From Thermodesulfobium acidiphilum (lineage in GTDB: Bacteria; Thermodesulfobiota; Thermodesulfobiia; Thermodesulfobiales; Thermodesulfobiaceae), in contig NZ_CP020921.1 in the NCBI RefSeq assembly GCF_003057965.1, positions 1,166,916 to 1,230,915 on the forward strand: DNA of 64,000 bases. The letters are read 5' to 3'. Under the pieces are notes generated by a model that was not told where the DNA came from, made no database searches, and saw nothing but the letters and a program-made list of their open reading frames with translations. Positions 50,307-60,362 of the stretch are shown here, piece after piece. The position numbers were made by a program, and so were the translations under genes. Numbering within the stretch: the stretch's first letter is position 1; each line of letters begins with the position of its first letter.

Positions 50307-52064
50307 TTATTCGTTTATAAGAGATTTTTCCAAATTTACATAACCTATTCTATCAATACTCCATTTACCTTCGCCCAGGATTATTAACTTCTTTTCATGA
50401 TATGATAGTAAACTTGATCTATGTCCCACGCTAATAACAGCACTATTGGATAGCTCATCCTTTAGCCTAAAATACAGTATCCTCTCAGATTTCTCATCAA
50501 GAGCACTTGTAGCTTCATCCATAAAAATCCATTCAGGTCTTTGTAATAAAATTCTTCCAAATGCAAGATACTGTTGTTCACCAAGTGAAAGAATCTGTGA
50601 CCACATATTAACTTCTGATATATGATTTACCAAATGCTTTAGATTTAGGCTTATAAGCAAATCCTTTATTTCATCATCGCTAACATCCGGATCGCCATTG
50701 GGATATATTAAAACATCCTTTAAAGAACCTATAGGCAAATACGGTTTTTGCGGGAGAAAAAGGAGTTTTTCTTTTGGTGGAAGAAAAATTTTGCCTTCTC
50801 CAAATGGCCACAATCCAGCTAAAGTTCTTATTAATGTGCTTTTCCCTATACCAGAACTACCAACTACAAGGAGTCTTTCAGATTTATTTAATGACAAATT
50901 TAATTGATTTATTAACGGAGTTTTGTTATCAGGTAAAAATATAGAAAGGTTTTCTACCATCAGATTTTCAGATTCTTTAATTATTATTCTGTTATTTTTT
51001 TGTTGAAGATCTTCGATAAAGCTAATATTGTGTTCAAATGTTCTTAGCCTATCGGCAACTGCATGCCAGTTAGCAAGAGATGGATAACTGTTTACTATGT
51101 AAGACAAAGAAGACTGAACCTGTCCAAATGCTTGTGCAATTTGCATAAGAGCACCCAATTGAATTTCCCTAGCAAAAAATCTGGGAGATGCTACAAGTAT
51201 AGGAAAGATTATCGCTATTTGATTATATCCGGAAGTAAACCATCCAAGCATTTTTTGCCTAACCATTATTTTCCAATAGTTTTCAAATACATCAAAAAAG
51301 TTTACCATAAGGTGTTTATGTTCATTTTTTTCTCCACCATAAAGCGCTACGCTCTCGCTGTTCTCACGAATGCGAACCATATTGAATCTAAAATTCGCTT
51401 CATACATTTGTTGCTTAAAATTCAAATTTATTAAAGGCTTCCCGATTGCTGCAGTTATCCATGTGCCTAAAATAGCATATAAAATAGCTGCCCAAACCAT
51501 ATAACCAGGTATAATAATTTCATTCCCAAAAATTTCAAAAGAGATTGATCCAGATATTGTCCACAATATCCCAACAAATGACGCAAGAGTTACAACAGAA
51601 CTAAGTAACCCCAAGGACAAACTTAATGTTTGAGAGACAAATAAATTTAGATCTTCACTAATACGTTGATCTGGATTGTCGGTAGAATTGTTAAAAACTT
51701 GAAGATGATAATATATCTTTTTATTCAACCATTTTTTTAAAAACCTATCAGTAAGCCACTTTCTCCACTTAATCTGAAGCATCTGATTTAGATACAAAGA
51801 ATATACTGCAGCTATAATGTAAAGGAAGGCCAAAACACAAAATTGGATAATAGCTATCCAAAAAGCTTTGGCGTTTAAATCCTGGAGAGCATTATAAAAT
51901 TCGTTGTACCAAAGATTTATAAGAACGTTTATAAAAACTAAAAATAGATTTAAAAAGATTATTATTATTAAAAGAAACCACGCAATCTTTTTTTCTTCTG
52001 ATTGCCAGTATGGTTTAATTAGTTCCCATGTATCTTTAAGAAACTCTTTGTTAAATTGCTTCAT
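50307..52064 (-). CDS. YddA/ABCD-like fused ABC transporter (permease plus ATPase)
   Basis: DNPDQRISED, EA.FR, GSSGIGKST, LPQKPY, LSLGEQQ, DEATSALD, VGHR. Confidence 0.93.
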   Translation of the reverse strand: MKQFNKEFLKDTWELIKPYWQSEEKKIAWFLLIIIIFLNLFLVFINVLINLWYNEFYNALQDLNAKAFWIAIIQFCVLAFLYIIAAVYSLYLNQMLQIKWRKWLTDRFLKKWLNKKIYYHLQVFNNSTDNPDQRISEDLNLFVSQTLSLSLGLLSSVVTLASFVGILWTISGSISFEIFGNEIIIPGYMVWAAILYAILGTWITAAIGKPLINLNFKQQMYEANFRFNMVRIRENSESVALYGGEKNEHKHLMVNFFDVFENYWKIMVRQKMLGWFTSGYNQIAIIFPILVASPRFFAREIQLGALMQIAQAFGQVQSSLSYIVNSYPSLANWHAVADRLRTFEHNISFIEDLQQKNNRIIIKESENLMVENLSIFLPDNKTPLINQLNLSLNKSERLLVVGSSGIGKSTLIRTLAGLWPFGEGKIFLPPKEKLLFLPQKPYLPIGSLKDVLIYPNGDPDVSDDEIKDLLISLNLKHLVNHISEVNMWSQILSLGEQQYLAFGRILLQRPEWIFMDEATSALDEKSERILYFRLKDELSNSAVISVGHRSSLLSYHEKKLIILGEGKWSIDRIGYVNLEKSLINE

Positions 52065-52604
52065 CAAAACAACCTCAGTTTTCTAAGTTTTCAATTTTCT
52101 AGTTATATAAATCTTAAATATATCAGATTTTTGAAGTTTCAAAAATAGAGTGCATCTATTAGATTTAGAATTCTAAATTTATCTTATTAAGAATTTATTA
52201 AAACAAAATGTCACAACTTCATCTTCCCTAGAGACCTTTCGTCATAAATCTCTAAAGGGTATTTTCAAATAGATTCCTGTAAAGAATTTTTTGTTCTTGT
52301 GTTATAGAAAAAATTATAAATATTAACACTCTAATTCTCTTTAAATCCCCCCAGCAAATTGTGTGCCTTATCTATCGTAATCTTTATTTTTATTCAAAAT
52401 ATTGGCCGTTTAAGTAAAATACAATAGACAATCATAAAATTATCGAAAATATTTAATAAGAATTTCTTTAATAATAACTAAAATGTTCTTTAAAACTTCC
52501 AGATCTCTTTTTTTATGTTAGATTAATTTAAAGCTCTTTTAATCCATTGTGCTATACTGAATTTTTTATAATTTCTTCTAAATTAAATTCCATAAAAATA
52601 GAAT

Positions 52605-53264
52605 TTAGTCATCATTGGAATTAGAGCTGCTGCGAACTTTTTGCAAATAGCTATATACTGTAAATTTAGATAGCCCAAGAATAGATGCTACATACTCAAC
52701 TGAACCCTTTATAAGAAACGCTCCCTTTTCATCAAGATAAGAAACAAATTTTATTTTCTCTTCAGGAGAAAAACTAGATGGTTGCTTTTTAAAAGACAAT
52801 ATAGCTTCTTGTGTAAGCGTTTCAATAGTTTCATTTAAATTTTTTGCAAATGTTTCATTCTTATCATATTCAGAACCCTTCTCTAGAAGATCTTTAAAAA
52901 CATTATAAGTACCTATAAATTCGGTTACATCAAAATTTACACAAAAAGCCCCGATAATTTTACCCTTTTTATCTCTAATAAAACTTGTGCTCGATCTTAA
53001 TATTCTTCCATCCTTCGTAATGCTTTTATAACCTACCATATCCTTTGCTTTATCTTTACTTTTTTTTAGTACCTTTAATACCAGGTCGGTTATTGGAGCA
53101 CCCGTCTGTCTATGAGTAACATCCCCAGCTATATGTATAAGAGATCTTTCAGGGGTCCTAAGATCATGAACAGCTACTTCGCAGTTTTTACCAAACATTT
53201 CACTAATAGAGTTAGCTATGTTTACTAGGTTATCAAAAATTACTTTTCTCTCATCAGTAGACAT
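52605..53264 (-). CDS. YheO-like PAS/HTH transcriptional regulator
   Basis: FG.NCEV.VHD, VT.R..G.PITD, LRSST, C.N.D, KG.F..KG.V..VA..L..SK.TVY.YL. Confidence 0.92.
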   Translation of the reverse strand: MSTDERKVIFDNLVNIANSISEMFGKNCEVAVHDLRTPERSLIHIAGDVTHRQTGAPITDLVLKVLKKSKDKAKDMVGYKSITKDGRILRSSTSFIRDKKGKIIGAFCVNFDVTEFIGTYNVFKDLLEKGSEYDKNETFAKNLNETIETLTQEAILSFKKQPSSFSPEEKIKFVSYLDEKGAFLIKGSVEYVASILGLSKFTVYSYLQKVRSSSNSNDD

Positions 53265-53310
53265 CGAACCTCCAATTTTTTAAAGATTTTAAATTATTAT
53301 ATTTCAAAAT

Positions 53311-54612
53311 TTAACAAGATTTCAAATTTTTAAACTTGAATACTGTCTTCTTTGTTATTATATCTAGTATTGTGTCATCGGTATATTTCATCCCCTCAAC
53401 AGAGATTTTACCAAGATTTTTTATACATTCCTGGGCACTTTCCGACAAAATTCCATTATCAGATGGTATTACAATTTTGTTTAAAGCCATGTTCGAAGCT
53501 TCAATAGCAGATATTGAAGAAAGATACAGCTTATACGCACAACCAATCTTAGCACCATCACATATCATTCCTGACAAACCTGCTATAACATTTTTTATTG
53601 AGTTTTCAATTTTTTTATTGTCCTTCTCTCTTAAAAAGGTAAGTCCTGAACTGCAGCCCACGCCTGCAGCTATTCCACAACCACACAAAGGAGAGAGTAA
53701 ACCTGTATAAGATTTTACATATAAAGTAAGCAAATGACTTAATGTCACAGCTCTGATAACTTCTTCTTTATTAAATCCACTTTTCTCGCCAATGATTGCT
53801 ATAGGTATTATCGCTACCAGACCGTGATTTCCTGAACCAGCACTACTCATAACAGGTAGAGGATACCCGGACATTCTTGCTTCTGATGCCGACACTGTCA
53901 AAGCTACAGCCAAAGATTCAATGTCATTAACTTTCGATCTTAAGAATTTTCCTATACCAACTCCAACATTCCCCTGAAGCCCTGCGTATGCTATTTTTTT
54001 GTTCATCTCTATTCCATAGTTTATAAATTCAATTTTTTCTTTTTCAACATTTTTTGAAAAATCTATCAATTCAGCGATAGAAAGATCCTTTATCCTTTTA
54101 AAATCGCTATTATTAGAAGAACTTTCGTAATCAGATAAAATTGACTTAATAACAATATCGTCCTTACTTTCAAAAACAATATTGTCATGGTTACCTCTTA
54201 ACACTACTGTCGATTTATGTAATTTTCCTTGAGCTTCAACTTTTATAAATAATCCTTCAATTGCTTTTTTGAGCTCTAAATTAATTAGACCACTTTTTAC
54301 AATCTCTCTAGCCTTATCTATATCTAAATTACTAACATCTTTTAAAGCCTCTAAGCCATATTCAGATTTGCCGCAAACCAAAGATAGAGCAGCAGCAAAT
54401 AATATGCCTTTTTCATTAGTGCCAGGAATAATTACAAACATGCCATTTTTTAAAATATTTTTATCAACAAAAACTCTTAATTTAGAAACCTTTTCTCCAA
54501 GTATTTCCTTCGCCCTTGAAACTGCATATGCAACTGCTCCGGGTTCTGTACAACCCAAAGCAGGCTTCACAGAATTTTTTAAAATTTGCAAAATGTTCTC
54601 TGTTTTATTCAT
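53311..54612 (-). CDS. YhaM/CyuA (UPF0597) cysteine desulfidase-like Fe-S lyase
   Basis: PALGCTEP, KN...V.IP.T, ARMSG..LPVM..AGSGNHG, LS.LCGC, GMICDGAK.GC..K. Confidence 0.88.
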   Translation of the reverse strand: MNKTENILQILKNSVKPALGCTEPGAVAYAVSRAKEILGEKVSKLRVFVDKNILKNGMFVIIPGTNEKGILFAAALSLVCGKSEYGLEALKDVSNLDIDKAREIVKSGLINLELKKAIEGLFIKVEAQGKLHKSTVVLRGNHDNIVFESKDDIVIKSILSDYESSSNNSDFKRIKDLSIAELIDFSKNVEKEKIEFINYGIEMNKKIAYAGLQGNVGVGIGKFLRSKVNDIESLAVALTVSASEARMSGYPLPVMSSAGSGNHGLVAIIPIAIIGEKSGFNKEEVIRAVTLSHLLTLYVKSYTGLLSPLCGCGIAAGVGCSSGLTFLREKDNKKIENSIKNVIAGLSGMICDGAKIGCAYKLYLSSISAIEASNMALNKIVIPSDNGILSESAQECIKNLGKISVEGMKYTDDTILDIITKKTVFKFKNLKSC

Positions 54613-54747
54613 TATACCCTCTTAACATTGTTTTAAAAGCAATTTTTATAACAATTATTTAAAAGTCTTCCTAATAAATTTTACAAATTTTAGATATAAC
54701 CAAAAATCCAAAATAATGTTTAATCAAGCAAAAAACAAAACTATATT

Positions 54748-57700
54748 TTACAAAAGTTCTTCTAATTTGTCATATAACAACAAAACAGGATGTAAGTTGC
54801 TAGCAGAGAGTTTTGAAGTGGTGTTCAGTCTTTCATTGTAATCTTCAAATATCTGTTTCTTTGCAGCAACAAAAGCATCCACATTACCATTAAAATCGCT
54901 GAGCACTTTTATCGTTAATTTCACAATAAATAAAACATATTTTTTAATCATAGAAAATTGTGCAAATCTATCCCACTCATTTACTACTCTAATAGAATTT
55001 ATATAATCAATTGTTTTTTGAATACCAAATCTTTCATTTATTCTTTCAATAGTTTCTATTGTAAGTATAAAGTTTTTATCTGTTTTTCTTGTTATATAGT
55101 AAGCCAAAATAAAGTCATCTATAAAATAGTTGTAGGCAATTTTTTCAGAAAGTTCTTCAGTAAAATATTTAGATAACTCTTTTACTTTGTTTTCAAATTT
55201 CGATTTAAATATGCCGTCTTTTATTGTGTTTTCTTTATAATACTCTAGATAATTTAGCATCTCTTGTTTGAAAACGTACTCTATTATTGAGTCACCAAAC
55301 AAATATATTTGATTGGTAGCAAAACGCTCTATTGCATAAAAAATATCAATAATTGTCTGATAAATTAAAGTTTGTTCAACTTTATTTTCGTATAAAAAAA
55401 CCTCATTTCTAATGTTTTGCACATCAAGAAGGTCATAAATAAAGATTAGAGTTTTTATAATGCTTGTATAAGGAAATCCCGTCAACATATTTATTTTCGT
55501 TATTGCGCCTACCCCATTACTATTAACTACAAGATTTGTAATATAAGTTGAAGCTATTTCTTTTTTTAACAAATGTTTCTCTATATAATCCTTATATACT
55601 TGCCTTGTTGAGGGTGCAAAATATAACAAAACGTACTTATCAACCAAATGTTTATCAAAGTTTGCTTCCTTCAAAAGGCTTGTATAAATATACATCTTCA
55701 AAAAGGATAGCATAATAGAAAGTTCTGGTTTAGTATATCCAATGCGTGAATCAACTCTTGCGGCTAGTATTTTCTTATTTGGGAAACTGTATTCAGTTTC
55801 ATTAAACAAATTTTCATTCTTTAGAAATTCAACCAACTCAAAAAATACTTCTGGTTCATTTTTTGATCTTATTTCATCTAAAGATACTGCTAAACTTTGC
55901 ATATAATTATGATCAAGTACCCTTTGTACCACTTCAGGTGTTAGCTTCTTCAAAATTTTATTTCTTTCGTTCAAATCTTTTATGACTTTTGATTTCATCA
56001 AATCATTAAGCAAAATTTTAAGGTTTACTTCTTGATCTGATAAATCTACTCCTGCAGAATTGTCTAATGAGTCTGTATTTATCTTCCCACCAAGAAGTGC
56101 ATACTCAATTCTAGCCTTCTGTGTAAAACCCAAATTAGCACCTTCTCCTACAACCATTGCTCTTATTTCATTTGCATCTATCCTTACATTATCATTAGCT
56201 TTGTCTCCCACTTCTTCGTGTGTTTCGGAACTAGCCTTCACGTAAGTACCGATGCCACCCATCCACAAAAGATCTACTTTTGCTTTAAGTATCAATTTAA
56301 CCAACTCGTCTGAAGAAACGTTGTCTTTTTCAGTTTCCAAAAACATTTTTACTTCTTTGCTTAGCGGTATTGATCGCTCATCTCTTGAACACACAAACCC
56401 ACCCTTTGAAATGAGTTCTTTGTTGTAATGTTTCCAGGTTAAAGAATTATCAAATAATCTTTTTCTTTCTTTATAAGAAATTTCAATATCTGGATTAGGA
56501 TCTACAAATATCTCTTTACCGTTAAAGGCAGCTTTCAGATGAATATTTTTTAACTCTATCATAGCATTACCAAACACATCACCGCTCATATCTCCTACGC
56601 CAACTATAGATATAGAAGTATTGTCTAAATTTATACCAAGCTCCCTAAAATGCCTCTTAACACAAACTAGAGCACCTTTTGAAGTAATACCCAATTCTTT
56701 GTGATCATAACCATATTTTCCACCTGAAGCAAATGCATCTTTAAGCCAAAAATTATATTCCTCCTGAACAATTTCATTTGCAATATCAGAAAATTTAGCG
56801 GTACCTTTATCAGCAGCAACAACCAAATATGGATCAAAATCATCATAACAGACCACATTAGTTGGTCTTAATTTTTCATTGGACACAGAATAATTGTCAG
56901 TAACATCTAACATGCCTCTAATTAAAGTTTTATAAGATTCTATAGCTTTTTCTTGGGTATCACCGTTTGGCTGCTTTATTATAAACCCACCCTTTGATCC
57001 AACAGGTACAATTACTGCATTTTTTACCATCTGAGTTTTCATTAGTTCTAAAATCTCAAGTCTGAAGTCGTCCTTTCTGTCACTCCATCTAATGCCACCT
57101 CTGGCAACCTTTCCCCCTCTTAAATGGCAACCCTCCATCAGGTAGGAATGTACATATATCTCATACATAGGTCTTGGTAAAGGCATCTTAGTAATTTTAG
57201 CTGAATCAATTTTAATTGAAATATAGTGATAAGGTTTATCTCTATAAAAGTTTGTTCTAATTGTTGATTCAATTACGTTCAAAATTGCATCCAGAATTTT
57301 ATATTCTTGGATATTATTTATATCCTCGAGTAAATTATTAATTTTATTTGAAATTTCACCTGTTTTTCTTGCGCTCTTTTCAATATTTGGATTAAATTTT
57401 TGATCAAATAAGTCAATAAAGAGTCTAGATATATTTGAATATTTAATTAACGTGGTGTATAAAGATTTTCTTTTAATATTGAAATCTACCTGCATTAGGT
57501 AATTACAAATAGTTCTTAATAGATCAATCTGTTTAAAATTTAAAAATTCTTTCGTAGCTAGTGTATTTAGTTCGTCATTTTCCACCACATTATTAATTAT
57601 GGCTAAAAAATTTTCTTGAACAATTGGCGCGTTTTTATCAATTTCGTTACTAATGACTTCTATATTATATCTTTGAATGAGAATTTTTTTATCGTTTGCT

Positions 57701-58014
57701 ACAATTTCATAGAAATTGCCGTATACAGCATTTAATCCCAGATTCTTCAAAATAGGTAATATTTCATACAAAGGGATTTTACAAAATGAATAAATTTTAA
57801 AAAATAAGTCTTGATCTTGTTTAATAATTCTAACCTGCTTTTGCCCCTCTTTTATAAGTGAATCAAAAGCATTACTATCAATTATTGCCTCTTGAGGTGT
57901 AACGTTTAACCTGTAATCATCGCTAAAAAAAGAAAAATAATGAGAAGCTATCTCATTGTCTTTTGATAACCTTTCATATTCTTGTCTCCAGGTTGAAAAA
58001 TCTTGAGATGACAT
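54748..58014 (-). CDS. gdhB: NAD-specific glutamate dehydrogenase (large-type core, shortened)
   Basis: RTNFY, HLRGGKVARGGIRWSDR, QMVKNAVIVP.GSKGGF, DPYLVVAADKGTA.FSD, GVGDMSGDVFGN, GEGANLG, DNSAGVD.SD. Confidence 0.92.
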   Translation of the reverse strand: MSSQDFSTWRQEYERLSKDNEIASHYFSFFSDDYRLNVTPQEAIIDSNAFDSLIKEGQKQVRIIKQDQDLFFKIYSFCKIPLYEILPILKNLGLNAVYGNFYEIVANDKKILIQRYNIEVISNEIDKNAPIVQENFLAIINNVVENDELNTLATKEFLNFKQIDLLRTICNYLMQVDFNIKRKSLYTTLIKYSNISRLFIDLFDQKFNPNIEKSARKTGEISNKINNLLEDINNIQEYKILDAILNVIESTIRTNFYRDKPYHYISIKIDSAKITKMPLPRPMYEIYVHSYLMEGCHLRGGKVARGGIRWSDRKDDFRLEILELMKTQMVKNAVIVPVGSKGGFIIKQPNGDTQEKAIESYKTLIRGMLDVTDNYSVSNEKLRPTNVVCYDDFDPYLVVAADKGTAKFSDIANEIVQEEYNFWLKDAFASGGKYGYDHKELGITSKGALVCVKRHFRELGINLDNTSISIVGVGDMSGDVFGNAMIELKNIHLKAAFNGKEIFVDPNPDIEISYKERKRLFDNSLTWKHYNKELISKGGFVCSRDERSIPLSKEVKMFLETEKDNVSSDELVKLILKAKVDLLWMGGIGTYVKASSETHEEVGDKANDNVRIDANEIRAMVVGEGANLGFTQKARIEYALLGGKINTDSLDNSAGVDLSDQEVNLKILLNDLMKSKVIKDLNERNKILKKLTPEVVQRVLDHNYMQSLAVSLDEIRSKNEPEVFFELVEFLKNENLFNETEYSFPNKKILAARVDSRIGYTKPELSIMLSFLKMYIYTSLLKEANFDKHLVDKYVLLYFAPSTRQVYKDYIEKHLLKKEIASTYITNLVVNSNGVGAITKINMLTGFPYTSIIKTLIFIYDLLDVQNIRNEVFLYENKVEQTLIYQTIIDIFYAIERFATNQIYLFGDSIIEYVFKQEMLNYLEYYKENTIKDGIFKSKFENKVKELSKYFTEELSEKIAYNYFIDDFILAYYITRKTDKNFILTIETIERINERFGIQKTIDYINSIRVVNEWDRFAQFSMIKKYVLFIVKLTIKVLSDFNGNVDAFVAAKKQIFEDYNERLNTTSKLSASNLHPVLLLYDKLEELL

Positions 58015-58073
58015 AATTATCCCCTTTCACACACATTTAACGTTTATTTTTTAAATAAACTCATAAATTTTTT

Positions 58074-58472
58074 TTACGTCTCACAACTCGCTATAGCTTC
58101 GACTTCTACTCGCGCACCCTTTGGTAATTTAGAAACTTCAATAGCAGATCTTGCAGGCAAAATATTTTTAAAATAATTAGCATACACTTCATTTATTAGA
58201 CCAAATTCATTTATGTCAGTCAAAAAAACAGTCGTTTTCACCACATTATCTAATGTAAGATTAACAGAATTTAATATGGATTTTAAATTCTTTAAGGCCT
58301 GATCGAACTGGGTTCTGGTATCTTCACCAGCAAAATTTCCTGTTACTGGATCTATTCCCAGCTGACCAGAAATAAAAATAAATCCATTAGCAATTATTGC
58401 TTGAGAATAAGGGCCTACAGCAGAGGGTGCATTTTCAGTCGAAATCACTTTTAATTTTGGCAAAATTTTCAA
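58074..58472 (-). CDS. ridA: RidA family enamine/imine deaminase
   Basis: APSAVGPYSQA, SGQL, VVKTTVFL, N.VY..YF, PARS, LPKG..VE.E; true start may be TTG 58463. Confidence 0.93.
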   Translation of the reverse strand: MKILPKLKVISTENAPSAVGPYSQAIIANGFIFISGQLGIDPVTGNFAGEDTRTQFDQALKNLKSILNSVNLTLDNVVKTTVFLTDINEFGLINEVYANYFKNILPARSAIEVSKLPKGARVEVEAIASCET

Positions 58473-58543
58473 CTCCTTTAATTTAAATTTACATAGTTAT
58501 ATTTAAACAACGTTAATTAAGTATTAAATCAACAAAACTTACC

Positions 58544-59428
58544 CTACCAATTGTTCATCTTAGCTTCTATTTCCTTTCCAGTTGGGGTTTTGGCCAAACC
58601 TGCTTCTGACGTTTCCTTTAAGCTTTTTGGCATCAGACGTCCTATTTCGTAGGAAGCAAGTATAACTTCATCAGGTGGAATAACGCTTTCGATACCGGCT
58701 AAAGCTAGTTCAGCTGCTACTAGAGCATGTACTGCAGCAAAAGCATTTCTCTTAACACAGGGAACCTCAACTAAACCGGCTACCGGATCACAAACAAGTC
58801 CAAGATAATTTTTCAAAGCCAATGCTACTGCGTGACCAATTTGTTTCGGAGATGCCTCCATTAGTTCCAGGACAGCAGCAGCAGCCATAGCAGAGGCAGA
58901 ACCGCATTCTGCCTGACAACCTCCAACTGCTCCTGACAGCGTTGCATTTTTCCCTATTACCATACCAATACCTGCAGCAGTAAACAAACTCAAAACAACT
59001 TTTTCATCAGGCACATTCATTTCCTCTGATACAGACAAAACAGCACCAGGTAAAATACCGCACGATCCTGCAGTTGGACAGGCTACTACTAAACCCATAC
59101 ACGCGTTAACCTCACTGACTGAGAGAGCATAACATATCGCTTTCTCTACTATTTTCCCTAAAATAGAATTTCTTCTCATAAAGCTATCAAATTTTGCTGA
59201 GTTCATACCAACCATTTTGCTTACGGAATAATTATAATTTTTTTTACCTTTTTCTATTGATTTCTTCATAACAATTAATCTTTGGTTCATAACTTCAATT
59301 ATCTCTTGTCTACTCTTTTGCATTTTTTGAACTTCACAGGATAAAACTATTTCAGAAATACTAGAACGATTTTCCTCTGCCATTGAGACTAATTCTGATA
59401 TCGTCGAAAAGGAAGCCAAGCTATCCAC
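58544..59428 (-). CDS. sdaAA: L-serine dehydratase, Fe-S, alpha subunit
   Basis: PTAGSCG, SGA.GGCQAECG, GLVCDPVAGLVEVPCVKRN, ET..GLA.TPTG. Confidence 0.95.
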   Translation of the reverse strand: MDSLASFSTISELVSMAEENRSSISEIVLSCEVQKMQKSRQEIIEVMNQRLIVMKKSIEKGKKNYNYSVSKMVGMNSAKFDSFMRRNSILGKIVEKAICYALSVSEVNACMGLVVACPTAGSCGILPGAVLSVSEEMNVPDEKVVLSLFTAAGIGMVIGKNATLSGAVGGCQAECGSASAMAAAAVLELMEASPKQIGHAVALALKNYLGLVCDPVAGLVEVPCVKRNAFAAVHALVAAELALAGIESVIPPDEVILASYEIGRLMPKSLKETSEAGLAKTPTGKEIEAKMNNW

Positions 59429-59434
59429 CTGCCT

Positions 59435-60097
59435 TTATGTCTTATGAATTACCTTTACAAAGTTTAAATCAGGAGAACTCAATAAAGTACTATATATGTC
59501 AGAAGTAATATAATCATCAGTTTCGATCGTCATCATTGCATCCTTACCTTTTTCTAACCTAGAGACATACATATATGCAATATTTATATTTTTACTGGAT
59601 ATAATTTGAGTTATTTTAGCAATTATACCTGGATGATCTTTATGGCAGGTAATCAAAGTCTCATAGTTTCCAGTTAAATTCACTTCATAATTATCAATTT
59701 TCTTAACTATAATATTGCCTCCTCCTACGGAAATTCCCTGCACTACAATTTTTAATCCTGATTTACCAATCATTTCAAATTCTAGTGTATTTGGATGATC
59801 CACAGGAATATTTAAAGGAATGAATTCAATTTTTACTCCCATTTCAGCCGCAATATCAATAGCATTAGGAATTCTTTCATCTTCGGTGTTAAAACCTAAA
59901 AAACCTGCAGCAATAGCTCTATCACTACCATGTCCTTTATAGGTTTTTGCAAAAGATCCATAGAGGCGTGTCACAACCTTGTTTGGAGTTTCACCCAAGA
60001 TAGACCTTGCCATGCTTGCTAGCTTTAAAGCTCCTGCAGTGTGAGAACTTGAGGGCCCAATCATAATTGGACCGATAATATCAAATACGCTTTCCAT
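59435..60097 (-). CDS. sdaAB: L-serine dehydratase beta subunit with ACT domain
   Basis: SVFDIIGPIMIGPSSSHTAGA, SFA.TY.GHG.D, HPNT, S.GGG, D.PG.I..I...NIN. Confidence 0.95.
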   Translation of the reverse strand: MESVFDIIGPIMIGPSSSHTAGALKLASMARSILGETPNKVVTRLYGSFAKTYKGHGSDRAIAAGFLGFNTEDERIPNAIDIAAEMGVKIEFIPLNIPVDHPNTLEFEMIGKSGLKIVVQGISVGGGNIIVKKIDNYEVNLTGNYETLITCHKDHPGIIAKITQIISSKNINIAYMYVSRLEKGKDAMMTIETDDYITSDIYSTLLSSPDLNFVKVIHKT

Positions 60098-60148
60098 GAT
60101 CATCTCCCCAAAAAATGTCTAAAGCATATTCTAAATTTCATTAGTAGT

Positions 60149-60339
60149 TTAATTAGCTGCTAGCGTCGGTTGATAGTTTACAACTTTTCTATTAATTCCA
60201 AAAGCAAAATACAATCTCATCATTAAAGTCATAAAACTATTCCACTTAATAAAGATAATCGTATATTAGAAGTAAAACACATTCCAATAAAGACCACCTA
60301 CCTTGCCTTTAATTCACGATTTAATTTCTCTTTTACCAC
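60149..60339 (-). pseudogene. Internally deleted APC amino-acid permease remnant
   Basis: GGAGG SD, MVKEKLNRELKAR* joined directly to a C-terminal-like VFIGMCFTSNIRLSLLSGIV/FMTLMMRLYFAFGINRK...*. Confidence 0.65.
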
Positions 60340-60362
60340 GATCTAAACAACCTCCATTTTTG

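Noticed and set aside
52255..52593. Decayed HerA/VirB4-like ATPase (IDKAHNLL, SITQ fragments)
   Set aside because: Fragments are too short and stop-ridden to support without a search
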